Numbered from the stretch's first letter, positions 44,944 to 55,922 are shown. The stretch is DNA of 60,653 bases from Bacillota bacterium (GCA_050261495.1 JBLNDI010000064.1:1-60653), one strand, 5' to 3'. The notes: generated by a model from the letters alone, not told the origin. A program made the numbers and translations.

Positions 44944-46785
44944 GTGAGAAAAAGAACGAAGTCAATTCAATCAAACCTGTTTTTAACATATTCACTGATT
45001 ATTATAATGGTACTTGCCGTTTTTGTTTCCTTTTTTTACTTTTGGGTATCCAACCTGTTGAAGGATAAAGCATTTCAAGCTATTTCCAACCTTTCGGCCT
45101 CAACCTCCGAAAAGCTGGATATTGAAATACAAAAGATGGATTACGTATCAATGAACGTCCTGTACTCGAGCACCGTCAAGGATCGGTTTATAACTTATAT
45201 AAACGAACCGAATAATACAACCAATGCATTATCTGACGAAAACCAGGAAAAGGCTGCATCTACCAAAAACACGAAGGAGCTTATTGATGTGCTTTTTGCC
45301 ATTATCGGCCCCAACCGGCCGGTTCAGCAGATATACCTCTATGGCTTTAATGGCAAAGTATTCGGTACAGGAACCGATAACAGGCAGCAGCATATATCTC
45401 TGGAAGAAAAGCCATGGTTCAATGAAGTTATGAATTACGGCGGGAAGAAATACATTACCATACCAATGAAGGATGAAGAACTGTCAAAGTTCGCCACACA
45501 GAGCGGAAGTCCGTATTTTATTTCCCTGTGCCGCATGTACTTTGACAATTACAATACACCCCAGGGCATTGTGGAAGTCAAGCAGTACTATAGCGAGATT
45601 TTTAAGAATATTGCCGGGAATGTACAAAACAGCGCTGATGAAGCGCGCATTTATGTTTATGACAAGAACGGCTCAATTATTTACCCCTTGATAGAAAACA
45701 ATTCCGAGAAAGATTCCTACTATTTCAACCTGGTAAATTCCATTCCGGACCGGACGTCTTCCATAACCGCAAATAATCCATTCAGCAATGAAAGGGAACT
45801 GCTGAATTACAAGTACTCAGATTACACGGGCTGGACGACGGTTGTCGTGATATCCGAAAGCAAGCTCCTTTCTCCTGTTTTTGATTTTACCAGGGTTTTA
45901 GTGCTGGTTGCGGTTGTAATTCTCCTGCTTGCATTAGTATTCTCCTTTTTCGCGGCCAAGAAGATTACAGTGCCTATCGCCAGGCTTGGCAAGGCTATTA
46001 AGGCATTCAACCTTGAATCGCCGGTGGCTTCCGAACCTGCTGAGCTTAATACCAATTTGAGCGAACTGGAGGATTTGAACAGGGCCTTCCATACGATGAA
46101 TATAAAATTGAAGAAATCCCATGAAGAGCTGATGCTTTCGCATCAGCACGAAATGCAGGCGAGAATGCTTGCGTTGCAGTCCCAGATGAATCCTCATTTC
46201 CTGTATAATACCCTGGCTACTATCAGCATTATGGCTGAAGAATCAATTAGCGAACAGATTGTTGAGCTATGCGGAAATGTTTCGGACATGCTGCGGTATA
46301 TATCCTCCGACAGATCACCGCTTGTAAAGCTGAGTACTGAAATCGAATATACGGAGAAATATCTCTCATGCATGAAATTCCGGCATGGCAGCAAGCTATC
46401 TTATTCAATAGAAATAGATGAGGAAATGAAAGACATAAAAATACCCAAGCTTGTGATACAACCCCTTGTCGAAAACGCCCTGAAATACGCGACCCACAAG
46501 GAGCCGCCCTGGAACATAAGGATATGCGGACATAAAGGAGAGACATACTGGAAGGTCAGTGTAGAGGATGATGGAACCGGCTTTGATCCCGAAAGGTTGA
46601 AAACCATTAATGAAAGAATTGAAGAAATTGAAAGGAGCGGGCTTCTTCCAAGCCTTGAGCTGGAAGGCATGGGGCTTTTGAATATATTCATGCGGTTGAA
46701 ATTGTCTTACAGAGACAAAATGATTTTTCAGGTCGGAAACAATATTAACGGCGGCGCGGTGGTAATCGTCGGCGGAAGTATTTAG
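44944..46785 (+). CDS. YesM-like sensor histidine kinase (Cache-HAMP)
   Basis: Two TMs, HAMP, LQSQMNPHFLYNTL, QPLVENA, DDGTG and GMGLLN motifs. GTG start after GGAGG. Confidence 0.93.
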   Translation: MRKRTKSIQSNLFLTYSLIIIMVLAVFVSFFYFWVSNLLKDKAFQAISNLSASTSEKLDIEIQKMDYVSMNVLYSSTVKDRFITYINEPNNTTNALSDENQEKAASTKNTKELIDVLFAIIGPNRPVQQIYLYGFNGKVFGTGTDNRQQHISLEEKPWFNEVMNYGGKKYITIPMKDEELSKFATQSGSPYFISLCRMYFDNYNTPQGIVEVKQYYSEIFKNIAGNVQNSADEARIYVYDKNGSIIYPLIENNSEKDSYYFNLVNSIPDRTSSITANNPFSNERELLNYKYSDYTGWTTVVVISESKLLSPVFDFTRVLVLVAVVILLLALVFSFFAAKKITVPIARLGKAIKAFNLESPVASEPAELNTNLSELEDLNRAFHTMNIKLKKSHEELMLSHQHEMQARMLALQSQMNPHFLYNTLATISIMAEESISEQIVELCGNVSDMLRYISSDRSPLVKLSTEIEYTEKYLSCMKFRHGSKLSYSIEIDEEMKDIKIPKLVIQPLVENALKYATHKEPPWNIRICGHKGETYWKVSVEDDGTGFDPERLKTINERIEEIERSGLLPSLELEGMGLLNIFMRLKLSYRDKMIFQVGNNINGGAVVIVGGSI

Positions 46786-46810
46786 GCCGCCTGCAGGAGG
46801 GTGATTGGAC

Positions 46811-47578
46811 ATGGAAGAAAAAGTAATATACAAAGTTATTATTGCAGAAGACGAACCCTTGATTCTAAGCAATCTTGTAAAGAAAATAACAAATATGAAT
46901 ATCGGGTTTCAGGTTGTAGGTACCGCTGAAGACGGGAAAGCCGCAATGGAGTTGATTGAGAACCATTCCCCCGATGTCCTGGTAACTGACATCCGCATGC
47001 CTGTCATGGACGGTCTTGAGCTTTTGAAAGCCGTTTCTTCAAGACATCCTAACATAAGGAAAATTGTCGTAAGCGGCTATGACGATTTTAAGTATGCACA
47101 GCAGGCGATCAAATTTAACGCCGTCGATTACCTGCTCAAGCCCCTGAAAGAGAAGGAACTTCTTGAGACTTTCAGCAGGATCCGGATTTCGCTTGATGCG
47201 CAAAGAAGTGCCGTCAGGCTGAATATACTGCAGCTAAAGGATAATTATTCATACTCGCCCAAAGAAATAGCCCACCTGGTCGAAGCATATATAAAAGAAC
47301 ACTATGCCCAGGAGATAAGCTTCGATTTAATATCGCAGAATTTCAATTTTTCATCAAATTATCTAAGCAAAATATTCACGAAGTATATCGGGGAAAATCC
47401 GTCCAAATATCTTATTTCATTGAGGATAAACCAGGCGAAACACCTTCTTTTGAATAATAGGGAACTGTCTGTCAAGGACATTGGCGAACTCGTAGGCTAT
47501 CCCAACCAGTTTTACTTTAGCCGCATATTTAAGAGCGTCGTCGGGAAAAGCCCGGCAAGCTACAGGGATGAGAACTGA
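46811..47578 (+). CDS. YesN-like response regulator (receiver plus AraC HTH)
   Basis: AEDE, TDIRMPVMDG and YLLKP motifs; C-terminal VGY....YFSRIFK..G.SP..YR. Confidence 0.93.
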   Translation: MEEKVIYKVIIAEDEPLILSNLVKKITNMNIGFQVVGTAEDGKAAMELIENHSPDVLVTDIRMPVMDGLELLKAVSSRHPNIRKIVVSGYDDFKYAQQAIKFNAVDYLLKPLKEKELLETFSRIRISLDAQRSAVRLNILQLKDNYSYSPKEIAHLVEAYIKEHYAQEISFDLISQNFNFSSNYLSKIFTKYIGENPSKYLISLRINQAKHLLLNNRELSVKDIGELVGYPNQFYFSRIFKSVVGKSPASYRDEN

Positions 47579-47838
47579 ACCGCCAGGTTGGCGCTATCCG
47601 CATATTCGATGCAAAAACTTATGGAACGATTTACAAACGAGCAGATTAAGTATTGTTTCTTTACTGCAGAAGCCCATGGTGCTAGAATTTAACTAGCATA
47701 TGGCTACCATCGGGATATGGTTCCTGGCTTCCATCGATAATGCCAAGGGAAACAGTGTTTAACTTGGGATTGAGCCTCTGGCGGCGGATCCAGATTGTGT
47801 TCATGGCCGGTTTACAGCAGGAAAGAGGTTGTCAAAAG

Positions 47839-50121
47839 ATGGAAAGGACAAATAAAAGAGGTAAAGCGCATAAAGTATATATATATTTCCTTATCAGAGT
47901 GCTTCCTATACTGGTAGTGCCTATCTTTGTAATGACTGCGATATATTACTGGAGTGCCGAAGTTATAAAGCAGCAAACCTATGAAAAGAACCTGGCGGTT
48001 TTGCAGAGCAGCGCCGAAACCATAAAGAAAACATTTGACAACATGGATAATCTGATTGCATATATAAGCAGCAGTCCGAGCATCAACAGGTTTTTTACGA
48101 CCGTGAATCCGGTGAGAGACGGTTCTACCACAACTGACATGTTAAAAATACAGGGAGAATTAAAAGCTCTGACAACTGCAAATGATCTTATAGAAAACAT
48201 CCAGGTATATTCCGGGAAAAACAATATTTTAATAGATTCTACGACTAACGCTTTATTCATTGACAGGTATTATTCGTCATACTTCACTATTGACAATATG
48301 ACGTTCGATGACTGGTATCAAAATATTCTTTCAACGCCTCACAATTATGACATATATTCAAGTCTGAACGTTACATCGCTTAATCACACGCGAAAAAGCT
48401 TGCTGTATGCAAAGTCTCTTCCCCTGGTGGAAAGCCGGGATATTGACGGGGGAATTTTTATCTTCCTTGACGAGGCGTACCTCCTGAAGCTTTTCAGCAA
48501 TATACCTTACAAGGATTCAGGCTTCATATACATTTTTGGGAAGAATGGGATCCCGATTCTATACGATAACAATTCGGGAATTGATAATCCGGCGGTGAAT
48601 ACTGATTGCTTCACTTGCGAGAGCGGTTACTTCCGCCAGAATATCAAGGGCAGCGATATGTTCGTTACTTACTTGGATGATAAAAGCAGGAACTGGATTT
48701 ATGTGGCGGCAATTCCGCAAAAAGATGTTCTGGCGCCTACGGCCGGTATACGCTACTCCATAGGCATACTGATAGTGTTATCATTAATTACAGGAGGAGC
48801 TTTATTGATACTGTCCGTAGCAAAGCTTACAAAGCCTATCACAAACATATTTTCGCTTCTTTCGGAAAAGAATGATATAGTTTCATATAGTGATTTTGAG
48901 TACAAAATATCATGGCTTGTCAAGAGCAACCAGGAAATGCAGGAAGCTTTAGACAGCCAAATTCCTGAAATTAAGACGTCGATATTCTATAATTTCCTGC
49001 TCGGCAGATTTCGCACAAGTGAGGAAGTATATGACAACCTTTCAAAAATCAATATACGGCTTGACGCTAACTTCTACGTTGTACTGATTGCTTCCATTAA
49101 TGATTTGGATCCCAACAGCAACCTGGAGGAGATCAGTGCCCGCAAATTATTGATAAACGGTGTGATTTCGCAGAATTTCAGCAATTTGCAGGGAATCTAC
49201 AACCTGGATTATGAGAGGACTGTTCTTCTTTTGAGTTATAATCAGCCCAACTATGCCGATGTTGTGAAGCATGTGGAAAGTGTTGCCGAACATATCGTTG
49301 AACAACTCTTTTCAAGTGCAAAAGTCAGTATTTCATTCTCCGGTGATATTGCAAGAAATGTTATGAAGATTCCGTCGAGCTTTTTTAATGCCAACACTGC
49401 CATTAACTACAGGCAAAAAAACCTGTCCTACACGGTGCAATGGTTTAATAAAAGCGAAGATAAGCTAAGTTTTTATTATCCAATTGAGTTGGAATCACAG
49501 CTTATAGCGCAGGTTAATGTCGGGAATAAGGAAGGCCTGTCCGAATTGCTTGAGAAAATTGAGCGCAGGAACAAACATATTTTTAATCCTGATAGCAATT
49601 CTGCATTCTTTGCTTTATTGCAATCGATGAACTCCACGCTTATCCGTGTTTTTAATGAATCCGCCAGGTATTCAAAACAAATATTCGGACTAAGGGATAA
49701 AATCGCGTTAAAACTTGAAAAACGCGAGGATTTGATTCAAACATTCTATCTTTTGAAGGAAGCTTTCATAGCAATTGCCGCTAGCAACAGGGATGAAATG
49801 AGCAAAAGCAACAGGAGGCTTATAAATCAAATAAAGAAATATATCGACCAGCAGTATACCGATCCGCAGCTTTCGCTTTCTTCAATATCAAATGTTTTCA
49901 GGATTACGGAAGTGTATATATCTTACCTGTTTAAGCTGGAAACCGGTGAAAACTTCTCAAAATACGTTGAAAAACTTCGCATGGAGAAGGCTCTCCAGCT
50001 GATAAGAGAAGGCAGGCATCTGGTAAATGAAATCGCTGAAATGGTAGGATACAACTCGCCGCAGGTTTTCCGCAGAGCATACAAGCGCTATTATGGAACT
50101 ACTCCCACTAGTTGCAAATAG
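47839..50121 (+). CDS. Membrane-spanning AraC family regulator (YesS-like)
   Basis: Two TMs flanking a Cache-like domain; C-terminal AraC HTH (VGYNSPQVFRRAYK..G.TP). Start at the ATG at 47839 after AAGAGG. Confidence 0.88.
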   Translation: MERTNKRGKAHKVYIYFLIRVLPILVVPIFVMTAIYYWSAEVIKQQTYEKNLAVLQSSAETIKKTFDNMDNLIAYISSSPSINRFFTTVNPVRDGSTTTDMLKIQGELKALTTANDLIENIQVYSGKNNILIDSTTNALFIDRYYSSYFTIDNMTFDDWYQNILSTPHNYDIYSSLNVTSLNHTRKSLLYAKSLPLVESRDIDGGIFIFLDEAYLLKLFSNIPYKDSGFIYIFGKNGIPILYDNNSGIDNPAVNTDCFTCESGYFRQNIKGSDMFVTYLDDKSRNWIYVAAIPQKDVLAPTAGIRYSIGILIVLSLITGGALLILSVAKLTKPITNIFSLLSEKNDIVSYSDFEYKISWLVKSNQEMQEALDSQIPEIKTSIFYNFLLGRFRTSEEVYDNLSKINIRLDANFYVVLIASINDLDPNSNLEEISARKLLINGVISQNFSNLQGIYNLDYERTVLLLSYNQPNYADVVKHVESVAEHIVEQLFSSAKVSISFSGDIARNVMKIPSSFFNANTAINYRQKNLSYTVQWFNKSEDKLSFYYPIELESQLIAQVNVGNKEGLSELLEKIERRNKHIFNPDSNSAFFALLQSMNSTLIRVFNESARYSKQIFGLRDKIALKLEKREDLIQTFYLLKEAFIAIAASNRDEMSKSNRRLINQIKKYIDQQYTDPQLSLSSISNVFRITEVYISYLFKLETGENFSKYVEKLRMEKALQLIREGRHLVNEIAEMVGYNSPQVFRRAYKRYYGTTPTSCK

Positions 50122-50311
50122 TGTCCGGGAGCCCGTCCGATCTGAGAACTTTATTTTATCTAATACTAAAAAATGTTCCTTCTCTGAATATAAATCAATA
50201 TAATCTTCCTGCATGAGAACTTTTGTTATGCAGAAGCTAAAGTATCGCCTCTTTAACCGCCCGGAGCCTCTGCATATAATCTTGCTAGAGTTGAATTTCG
50301 GGGGTTTTCTC

Positions 50312-51271
50312 ATGATAACGGCCAATGGGTCTTCTATTGCAAATGTAATAAAGAATAAGCAAGGTTTTCTATTCAAGTATTTTTTGAAAAAAAGCATCTG
50401 GCAGTTGTATTTACTTGCATTAATTCCGGTTGCGTTCGTTGTTATATTTAACTATCTTCCCATCGGCGGCATTTTGATAGCATTCAAGGACTATAGCTTT
50501 CGAAAAGGCATCTGGGGGAGCCCTTGGGCAGGCTTGAAATATTTCAGGCAATTGTTTGACTCGCCGATTTTTTTGGACATCCTGAAAAATACATTAATAA
50601 TCAGTACTTATTCCATAATTGCAGGATTTCCGTTTCCAATTATTTTGGCTTTTGCATTCAATGAAGTGCGCAATCAAAAAATTAAGAAGACAATTCAGAC
50701 AATAACGTTTGCGCCTTACTTTATATCCACGGTGGTAGTGGTTGGTATGCTTATGCAGATTTTCTCATACCGCTATGGGGTTATAAACGAACTAATAAAG
50801 CTTTTTGGCGGCAGTCCGTTCGATTTTATCGGATCATCCGGTTTTTTCCGTTCTGCATATGTATGGTCGGGAGTATGGCAAGGGGCAGGGTACGGCTCAG
50901 TCCTTTATCTGGCGGCATTATCCGGTATCGATGTATCGTTGTATGAGGCAGCGTACCTGGACGGAGCTAATATGATACAGAAAATTCTTTACATCGATTT
51001 GCCCGGGATTGCCCCTACTATCATTATTTCGCTGATTCTGACAACCGGTGGGATTTTAAATGTAGGCTTCGAAAAGGTTTACCTTATGCAGAACCCTGTA
51101 AATTATGGAATATCGGAAGTAATATCCACATTTGTGTACAAGTCGGGCATTCAGCAGGCACAGTTCAGTTTTGCCACGGCGGTTGGCTTATTTAACTCGG
51201 TAATTAATTGTATTGTTCTGCTTATTGTTAACTGGTTTGCAAGGCGAGTAAGTGAAACAAGCCTATTTTAG
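50312..51271 (+). CDS. ABC transporter permease (LplB-like)
   Basis: AFKDY...GSPWAGL, PYFIS and LYEAAYLDGA motifs. Start uncertain (50213 or 50312). Confidence 0.9.
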   Translation: MITANGSSIANVIKNKQGFLFKYFLKKSIWQLYLLALIPVAFVVIFNYLPIGGILIAFKDYSFRKGIWGSPWAGLKYFRQLFDSPIFLDILKNTLIISTYSIIAGFPFPIILAFAFNEVRNQKIKKTIQTITFAPYFISTVVVVGMLMQIFSYRYGVINELIKLFGGSPFDFIGSSGFFRSAYVWSGVWQGAGYGSVLYLAALSGIDVSLYEAAYLDGANMIQKILYIDLPGIAPTIIISLILTTGGILNVGFEKVYLMQNPVNYGISEVISTFVYKSGIQQAQFSFATAVGLFNSVINCIVLLIVNWFARRVSETSLF

Positions 51272-51289
51272 CATGGGGGAGAAAGTATC

Positions 51290-52210
51290 ATGGATACCGG
51301 GAAAAGAGGCAAAAAAAGCAAAGCTAAACTATCTGTCGCAGATAAAATGTATTTGGGGATTGTATATTCCTTTCTGGCCTTGTTTACATTGAGCATATTA
51401 TATCCCCTGATATATATGGTGAGTTGTTCTTTTTCTTCCGCAGAATCGCTTGTAAGGGGCCAGGTGTTTTTTCTACCTGTAAATCCCACATTACAAGGCT
51501 ATAAGGCAGTTTTCAGCAATGACCAAGTATGGTCGGGCTATTTCAATTCGATTGTTTATACTGTAACAGGTACAATTGCCGGAGTTGTTGTTACTTTCAT
51601 CGGGGCATTTGTGCTTTCGCGCAGGGAATTTCCGCTTAGGGACTTTATTACGGTCCTGTTCCTGGTGACGATGTTTTTTAACGGCGGTATACTGCCGACT
51701 TACATACTGATCAAGAATATGGGACTATATAATACAATCTGGGCGATTATTTTACCCGGTGCCTTTAGCGTTTGGCTGGCTATCGTCGGAAGGACCTTTA
51801 TAAAATCCACTATTCCGGAGGAGTTGTATGAAGCGACATCTATTGACGGCGGCAACTATATTCAGTATTTAACAATGGTAATACTGCCGCTTTCCAAGCC
51901 TATCCTGGCCGTAATCGCGCTAAACTACGCAGTGGGCCACTGGAATTCTTATTTCAATGCGCTGATGTACCTGAAGGACTCTGACAAGTTCCCGCTTCAA
52001 ATCATACTAAGAAATATTGTTATAGCTAATATATTTGATCCGAATTCCATTAATTCCACGGATGTAAAAACCATGATTGAAAGGCAGTACCTTGTAGAAT
52101 TGTTGAAATATTCCTTAATAATTGTGTCCAGTGCTCCTCTTTTGATTGTTTACCCGTTTATCCAGAAATATTTCATTAAGGGAGTCATGATCGGAGCTAT
52201 AAAGGGTTAG
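51290..52210 (+). CDS. ABC transporter permease (LplC-like)
   Basis: TMFFNGG, IPEELYEATSIDG and YPFIQKYF.KG...GAIKG motifs. Confidence 0.92.
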   Translation: MDTGKRGKKSKAKLSVADKMYLGIVYSFLALFTLSILYPLIYMVSCSFSSAESLVRGQVFFLPVNPTLQGYKAVFSNDQVWSGYFNSIVYTVTGTIAGVVVTFIGAFVLSRREFPLRDFITVLFLVTMFFNGGILPTYILIKNMGLYNTIWAIILPGAFSVWLAIVGRTFIKSTIPEELYEATSIDGGNYIQYLTMVILPLSKPILAVIALNYAVGHWNSYFNALMYLKDSDKFPLQIILRNIVIANIFDPNSINSTDVKTMIERQYLVELLKYSLIIVSSAPLLIVYPFIQKYFIKGVMIGAIKG

Positions 52211-52283
52211 TGCGGATTGTCTTTTATCAGGTAGATTCAGCTGCTTCAGCTGTTCTATAATAAAATTATTAGGAGGATCAAGT

Positions 52284-54002
52284 ATGAAGATTAGAAAATT
52301 TCCACTTCTAATGGCTGCAGTAATGATGCTGACGCTGTTAATGGCATGCGCATCGGACAAATCGCCAAACGCGGACACAGCTTCAACTGCTGATGTTTCC
52401 GAGGATATTGCAACATCCGATCCGGATGCGGATAAACCTGCTGCTGACAAGCTATATCTTTGTTCGCCGGAAAAAGTAACACTCTCAACGTTTATTGCCC
52501 AGCAGCCAAGCGGCTACACGGATCTCCTGACAAACACGTTTACAACATGGCTGGAAGAGCAGACGAACGTTCATCTCGATATGACCATTGTACCGGCAGA
52601 CGGTGCGAAGGATAAACTGATTCTTATGTTTGCCGGGGGCGATTATCCGGAGATCATCACCGGCGGCTTTTTCAGCAATGCGGACCTAATGAATTACGGA
52701 GGCAAAGAAAAAATATTGATACCGCTGAACGATCTAATCGATAAGCATGCGACAGCTCTAAAGGAAAGGTGGGCTGAAATGCCTCAGCTGAAGAACGATA
52801 TGACAGCGCCGGACGGGAATATCTATGGAATTCCCAGTCTTGACTCGGCAGGCATCGGCCACCCCCAGTGTTCATACAAGATGTGGATGAACATGGAATG
52901 GTTGAAAAATCTGAATCTTGATGTTCCAACGACAACCGCGGACTTTAAGAAAGTTTTGATGGCCTTCAAGAATGATGACCCGAACGGCAATGGCAAGGCT
53001 GATGAAATTCCGCTGACAGGCGCCATTAACACTTGGAATGCCGACCCGTACAAGTTTATATTAAATGCGTTTGATTACTTTGATTTTGATACTCTTCTGA
53101 AGCTTAAGGATGGCAAAATATCCTTTACGGCTAATACGGATGGGTTCAGAGAGGGCTTAAGGTACATGGCGGATCTTTATGCCAATGGTCTGATTGATCC
53201 TGCCGCATTTACACAGAATGAGCAACAGATGTCTGCGATCGGAAATAATGAAGACGTCGCCATAGTCGGGGCATGTGGCGCCGGGCATCTCGGTATGCTG
53301 GTCGGTGTCAATTTTGTAGAGCGCATGAAAGAATACGACAACATCCTGCCCTTGCAGGGTCCTAACGGATACCGCGGCATTCCCTATAATGTCACTCCTC
53401 GTGTATCCGGCGCCGCTTTTGCTATCACCGACAAGTGTCCGGCTGAAAAGCAGGAGGTCGCTATCAAATGGGCTGATCTTTTCTGCAGAGAGGAAATAGT
53501 TATACGGGCGCAGATAGGAATACAGGGTAAAAACTGGGATGTCGCTGATCCCGGTACAATTGGCATAGACGGGAAGACAACCGCCAGTTATAAATATCTT
53601 ACATTCTCTTCAAGCGGCGAGGTAGCCACCCAGAACGACATATGGGGCTGGACAATGAGGCTGATCGAGCCTGATTGGAAGAATAAATTCCAATTCGTAG
53701 GCGATATCTATGATCCTACCAACTATGAAGCAAGGCTTTTGAGGGCTACGGTCAAGCTGCAGCCTTATGCTGCAGATGTCGAACAAATCCCTCCTTTCTT
53801 TCTCAGCACTGACGATTCTGCCAGGATCGCGCAGATATTTGCTCCGTTGCAGGACTATGTAAAGACTTCCATTGTCGAGTTTATAACCGGCAAGAAGAAT
53901 GTCGACAGGGATTGGGATGCATACATTGCCGGCTTGTCAAAGCTTAAGTACGAAGAGTATGTCAGATTGAACCAGGCAGCATACGACAATCTTACTAAGT
54001 AA
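52284..54002 (+). CDS. Oligosaccharide ABC solute-binding lipoprotein (LplA-like)
   Basis: Lipobox LMAC, PDGNIY and AFK.DPNGNGKADEIP motifs. Confidence 0.9.
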   Translation: MKIRKFPLLMAAVMMLTLLMACASDKSPNADTASTADVSEDIATSDPDADKPAADKLYLCSPEKVTLSTFIAQQPSGYTDLLTNTFTTWLEEQTNVHLDMTIVPADGAKDKLILMFAGGDYPEIITGGFFSNADLMNYGGKEKILIPLNDLIDKHATALKERWAEMPQLKNDMTAPDGNIYGIPSLDSAGIGHPQCSYKMWMNMEWLKNLNLDVPTTTADFKKVLMAFKNDDPNGNGKADEIPLTGAINTWNADPYKFILNAFDYFDFDTLLKLKDGKISFTANTDGFREGLRYMADLYANGLIDPAAFTQNEQQMSAIGNNEDVAIVGACGAGHLGMLVGVNFVERMKEYDNILPLQGPNGYRGIPYNVTPRVSGAAFAITDKCPAEKQEVAIKWADLFCREEIVIRAQIGIQGKNWDVADPGTIGIDGKTTASYKYLTFSSSGEVATQNDIWGWTMRLIEPDWKNKFQFVGDIYDPTNYEARLLRATVKLQPYAADVEQIPPFFLSTDDSARIAQIFAPLQDYVKTSIVEFITGKKNVDRDWDAYIAGLSKLKYEEYVRLNQAAYDNLTK

Positions 54003-54107
54003 TTCTCCGGGCAGGACACCGAGGAACGGGCTGTTAAAAAACCGGGAAGGTTTTTTCAACAGCCCTCCCGTATTATATTGCTATTTATATAAAAAAGGGG
54101 GTTGAGC

Positions 54108-55823
54108 ATGGACGACAATAAAAAATTAAAATGGTGGAGGGACAGCCGGTTCGGCATGTTCATACACTGGGGCATCTATAGCCTGATGGGCAAAGGCGAA
54201 TGGGTAATGTATACCGACCGTATTCCGGTCAGGGAATACGAAAAACTGGCCGGGCGGTTTAACCCCGTGAAGTTTGACGCAGAGGAATGGGTTTTATTGG
54301 CCAAAAACGCCGGAATGAAATATATTGTCTTCACTGCGAAGCATCACGACGGTTTTTCCATGTTCAAAACGGAAGTGGACCGTTATAACATCGTGGATGG
54401 CACGCCGTACGGGAAGGACGTCATAGCCGACCTTGCGAAGGCCTGTGAGAAGCATGGCATACGTTTGTGCTTCTACTACTCGCATGTTCGTGAGTGGAGG
54501 CATCCTCACGCCCAAAGCCTTGAGATGCATTCTCCTTTTCGTTACGGCAATTATGGGAATTTCTGGGATTATCCCGATGAAGCAAAAAAGAACCTGCAAA
54601 TTTACATAGATGAGTTTGACAAACCCCAGATCAGGGAGTTGCTAACCAGGTACGGCTCCATCGGTATCATATGGTTTGACACGCCTTCCCTGATCCGGCC
54701 CGATCAGGCACAGGAGCTTATTGATATTGTCAGGGAGTTGCAGCCTGGCTGCCTGGTAAACAGCAGGGTAGGGGATTTTGTCGAAGCTGACTATTACAGT
54801 CTTGGTGATTGTGAGATACCCGATTACAATACGGGCGTTGACTTTGAAACACCAATGACTATTTGTGACGGCTGGGGCTATAACAGCATGCCGAATAACA
54901 AATATCGAGAATTAAAGGAGTTGATCCGCCAGTTGGTCGACATTGTCAGCCTGGGGGGCAACTACCTGTTGAACGTGGGGCCTGACCCGGAGGGCGTTAT
55001 CCCTCCCGAGGCGCAAGAGAGACTTAACGGTATTGGCGAATGGATGAAAACCAATGGTGAAGCTATTTACCAAACAAAAGCCTCGCCTTTTCCGGTAAAG
55101 TTCTCATGGGGCAGGATCACGGCCAGGGAAAACATCCTGTATCTGCATGTTTATGAATGGAACAGCCAGATTGTTTTGACCGGCATCAAAAGTAAAGCAT
55201 CTTCGATTCAACTGCTTGCCGATCCCATCAGAAAAATCCAATGGAAACAAGAACCGTGCGAAGCCCTTGGATATGACAGGCTGACCATTTACCTTTCCGG
55301 CGACGCACCGGATCCTAATGTAAGTGTTTTAAAGGTTTGCTTTGCTGAAAACTTGCGGGTCGAAAGCAGAATAATCGAGGATGATTCAGGTTGTATTGGG
55401 CTTTCGGCCTGCCTTGCATCCATTCACACGACTGATGGAAAACCGCGGGCTTCTGTCACCGCCACCGGAGTTGTTAAGAACTGGATGTCGACTGCGGACT
55501 GGTTCCGTTGGGAATTTCTCTGTGAGCATCCTGGGGAATTCGATGTTTTTGTCACGATAAGTACCGGCTTCCATGGCATATGGGACTTTGGGCATCGGGT
55601 TGCGGTCCGATTTGGAGGACAAGAGAACCGAATCGTCATCACAGACGATGGAAAGCCGACCGCCGGATACCAGAAACGTGTATTTCATGCCGGCAGGATT
55701 CGAATCGATTCAGCAGGACGGCATGATATAGAACTTCGCGCGCTTAGCATTTCGTGTGCCAACAGGCAGGGGATCCAGCTTTCGTCGGTGAAGCTTCAAC
55801 CGGTAAATCATAAAAGCTTGTGA
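54108..55823 (+). CDS. GH29 alpha-L-fucosidase
   Basis: RFGMFIHWG, TAKHHDGF, IWFD, LVNSR and LLNVGP motifs, plus a C-terminal beta-sandwich. No signal peptide. Confidence 0.93.
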   Translation: MDDNKKLKWWRDSRFGMFIHWGIYSLMGKGEWVMYTDRIPVREYEKLAGRFNPVKFDAEEWVLLAKNAGMKYIVFTAKHHDGFSMFKTEVDRYNIVDGTPYGKDVIADLAKACEKHGIRLCFYYSHVREWRHPHAQSLEMHSPFRYGNYGNFWDYPDEAKKNLQIYIDEFDKPQIRELLTRYGSIGIIWFDTPSLIRPDQAQELIDIVRELQPGCLVNSRVGDFVEADYYSLGDCEIPDYNTGVDFETPMTICDGWGYNSMPNNKYRELKELIRQLVDIVSLGGNYLLNVGPDPEGVIPPEAQERLNGIGEWMKTNGEAIYQTKASPFPVKFSWGRITARENILYLHVYEWNSQIVLTGIKSKASSIQLLADPIRKIQWKQEPCEALGYDRLTIYLSGDAPDPNVSVLKVCFAENLRVESRIIEDDSGCIGLSACLASIHTTDGKPRASVTATGVVKNWMSTADWFRWEFLCEHPGEFDVFVTISTGFHGIWDFGHRVAVRFGGQENRIVITDDGKPTAGYQKRVFHAGRIRIDSAGRHDIELRALSISCANRQGIQLSSVKLQPVNHKSL

Positions 55824-55863
55824 AGAGCATGAACGGCAAGTACTGCCGGACTTTTACAAAAAC

Positions 55864-55922
55864 AAGTGTCAAGGTAAAATGCAATTCCGCACCTTGACAC
55901 TTCTTTTTATATAATATATTAT
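55864..55922 (+). terminator. Terminator hairpin overlapping the valS sigmaA promoter
   Basis: AAGTGTCAAGGT/ACCTTGACACTT stem plus T-run. Its 3' arm contains TTGACA (55894-55899), followed 17 nt later by TATTAT (55917-55922). Confidence 0.65.

Noticed and set aside
41546-54002. ABC sugar transporters lacking an ATPase gene
   Set aside because: Normal in Firmicutes, where a shared MsmX/MsmK-type ATPase is encoded elsewhere.
30600-55900. Integrative mobile element or prophage
   Set aside because: No integrase, transposase, tRNA target or flanking direct repeats were seen. At most it is an accessory metabolic block.
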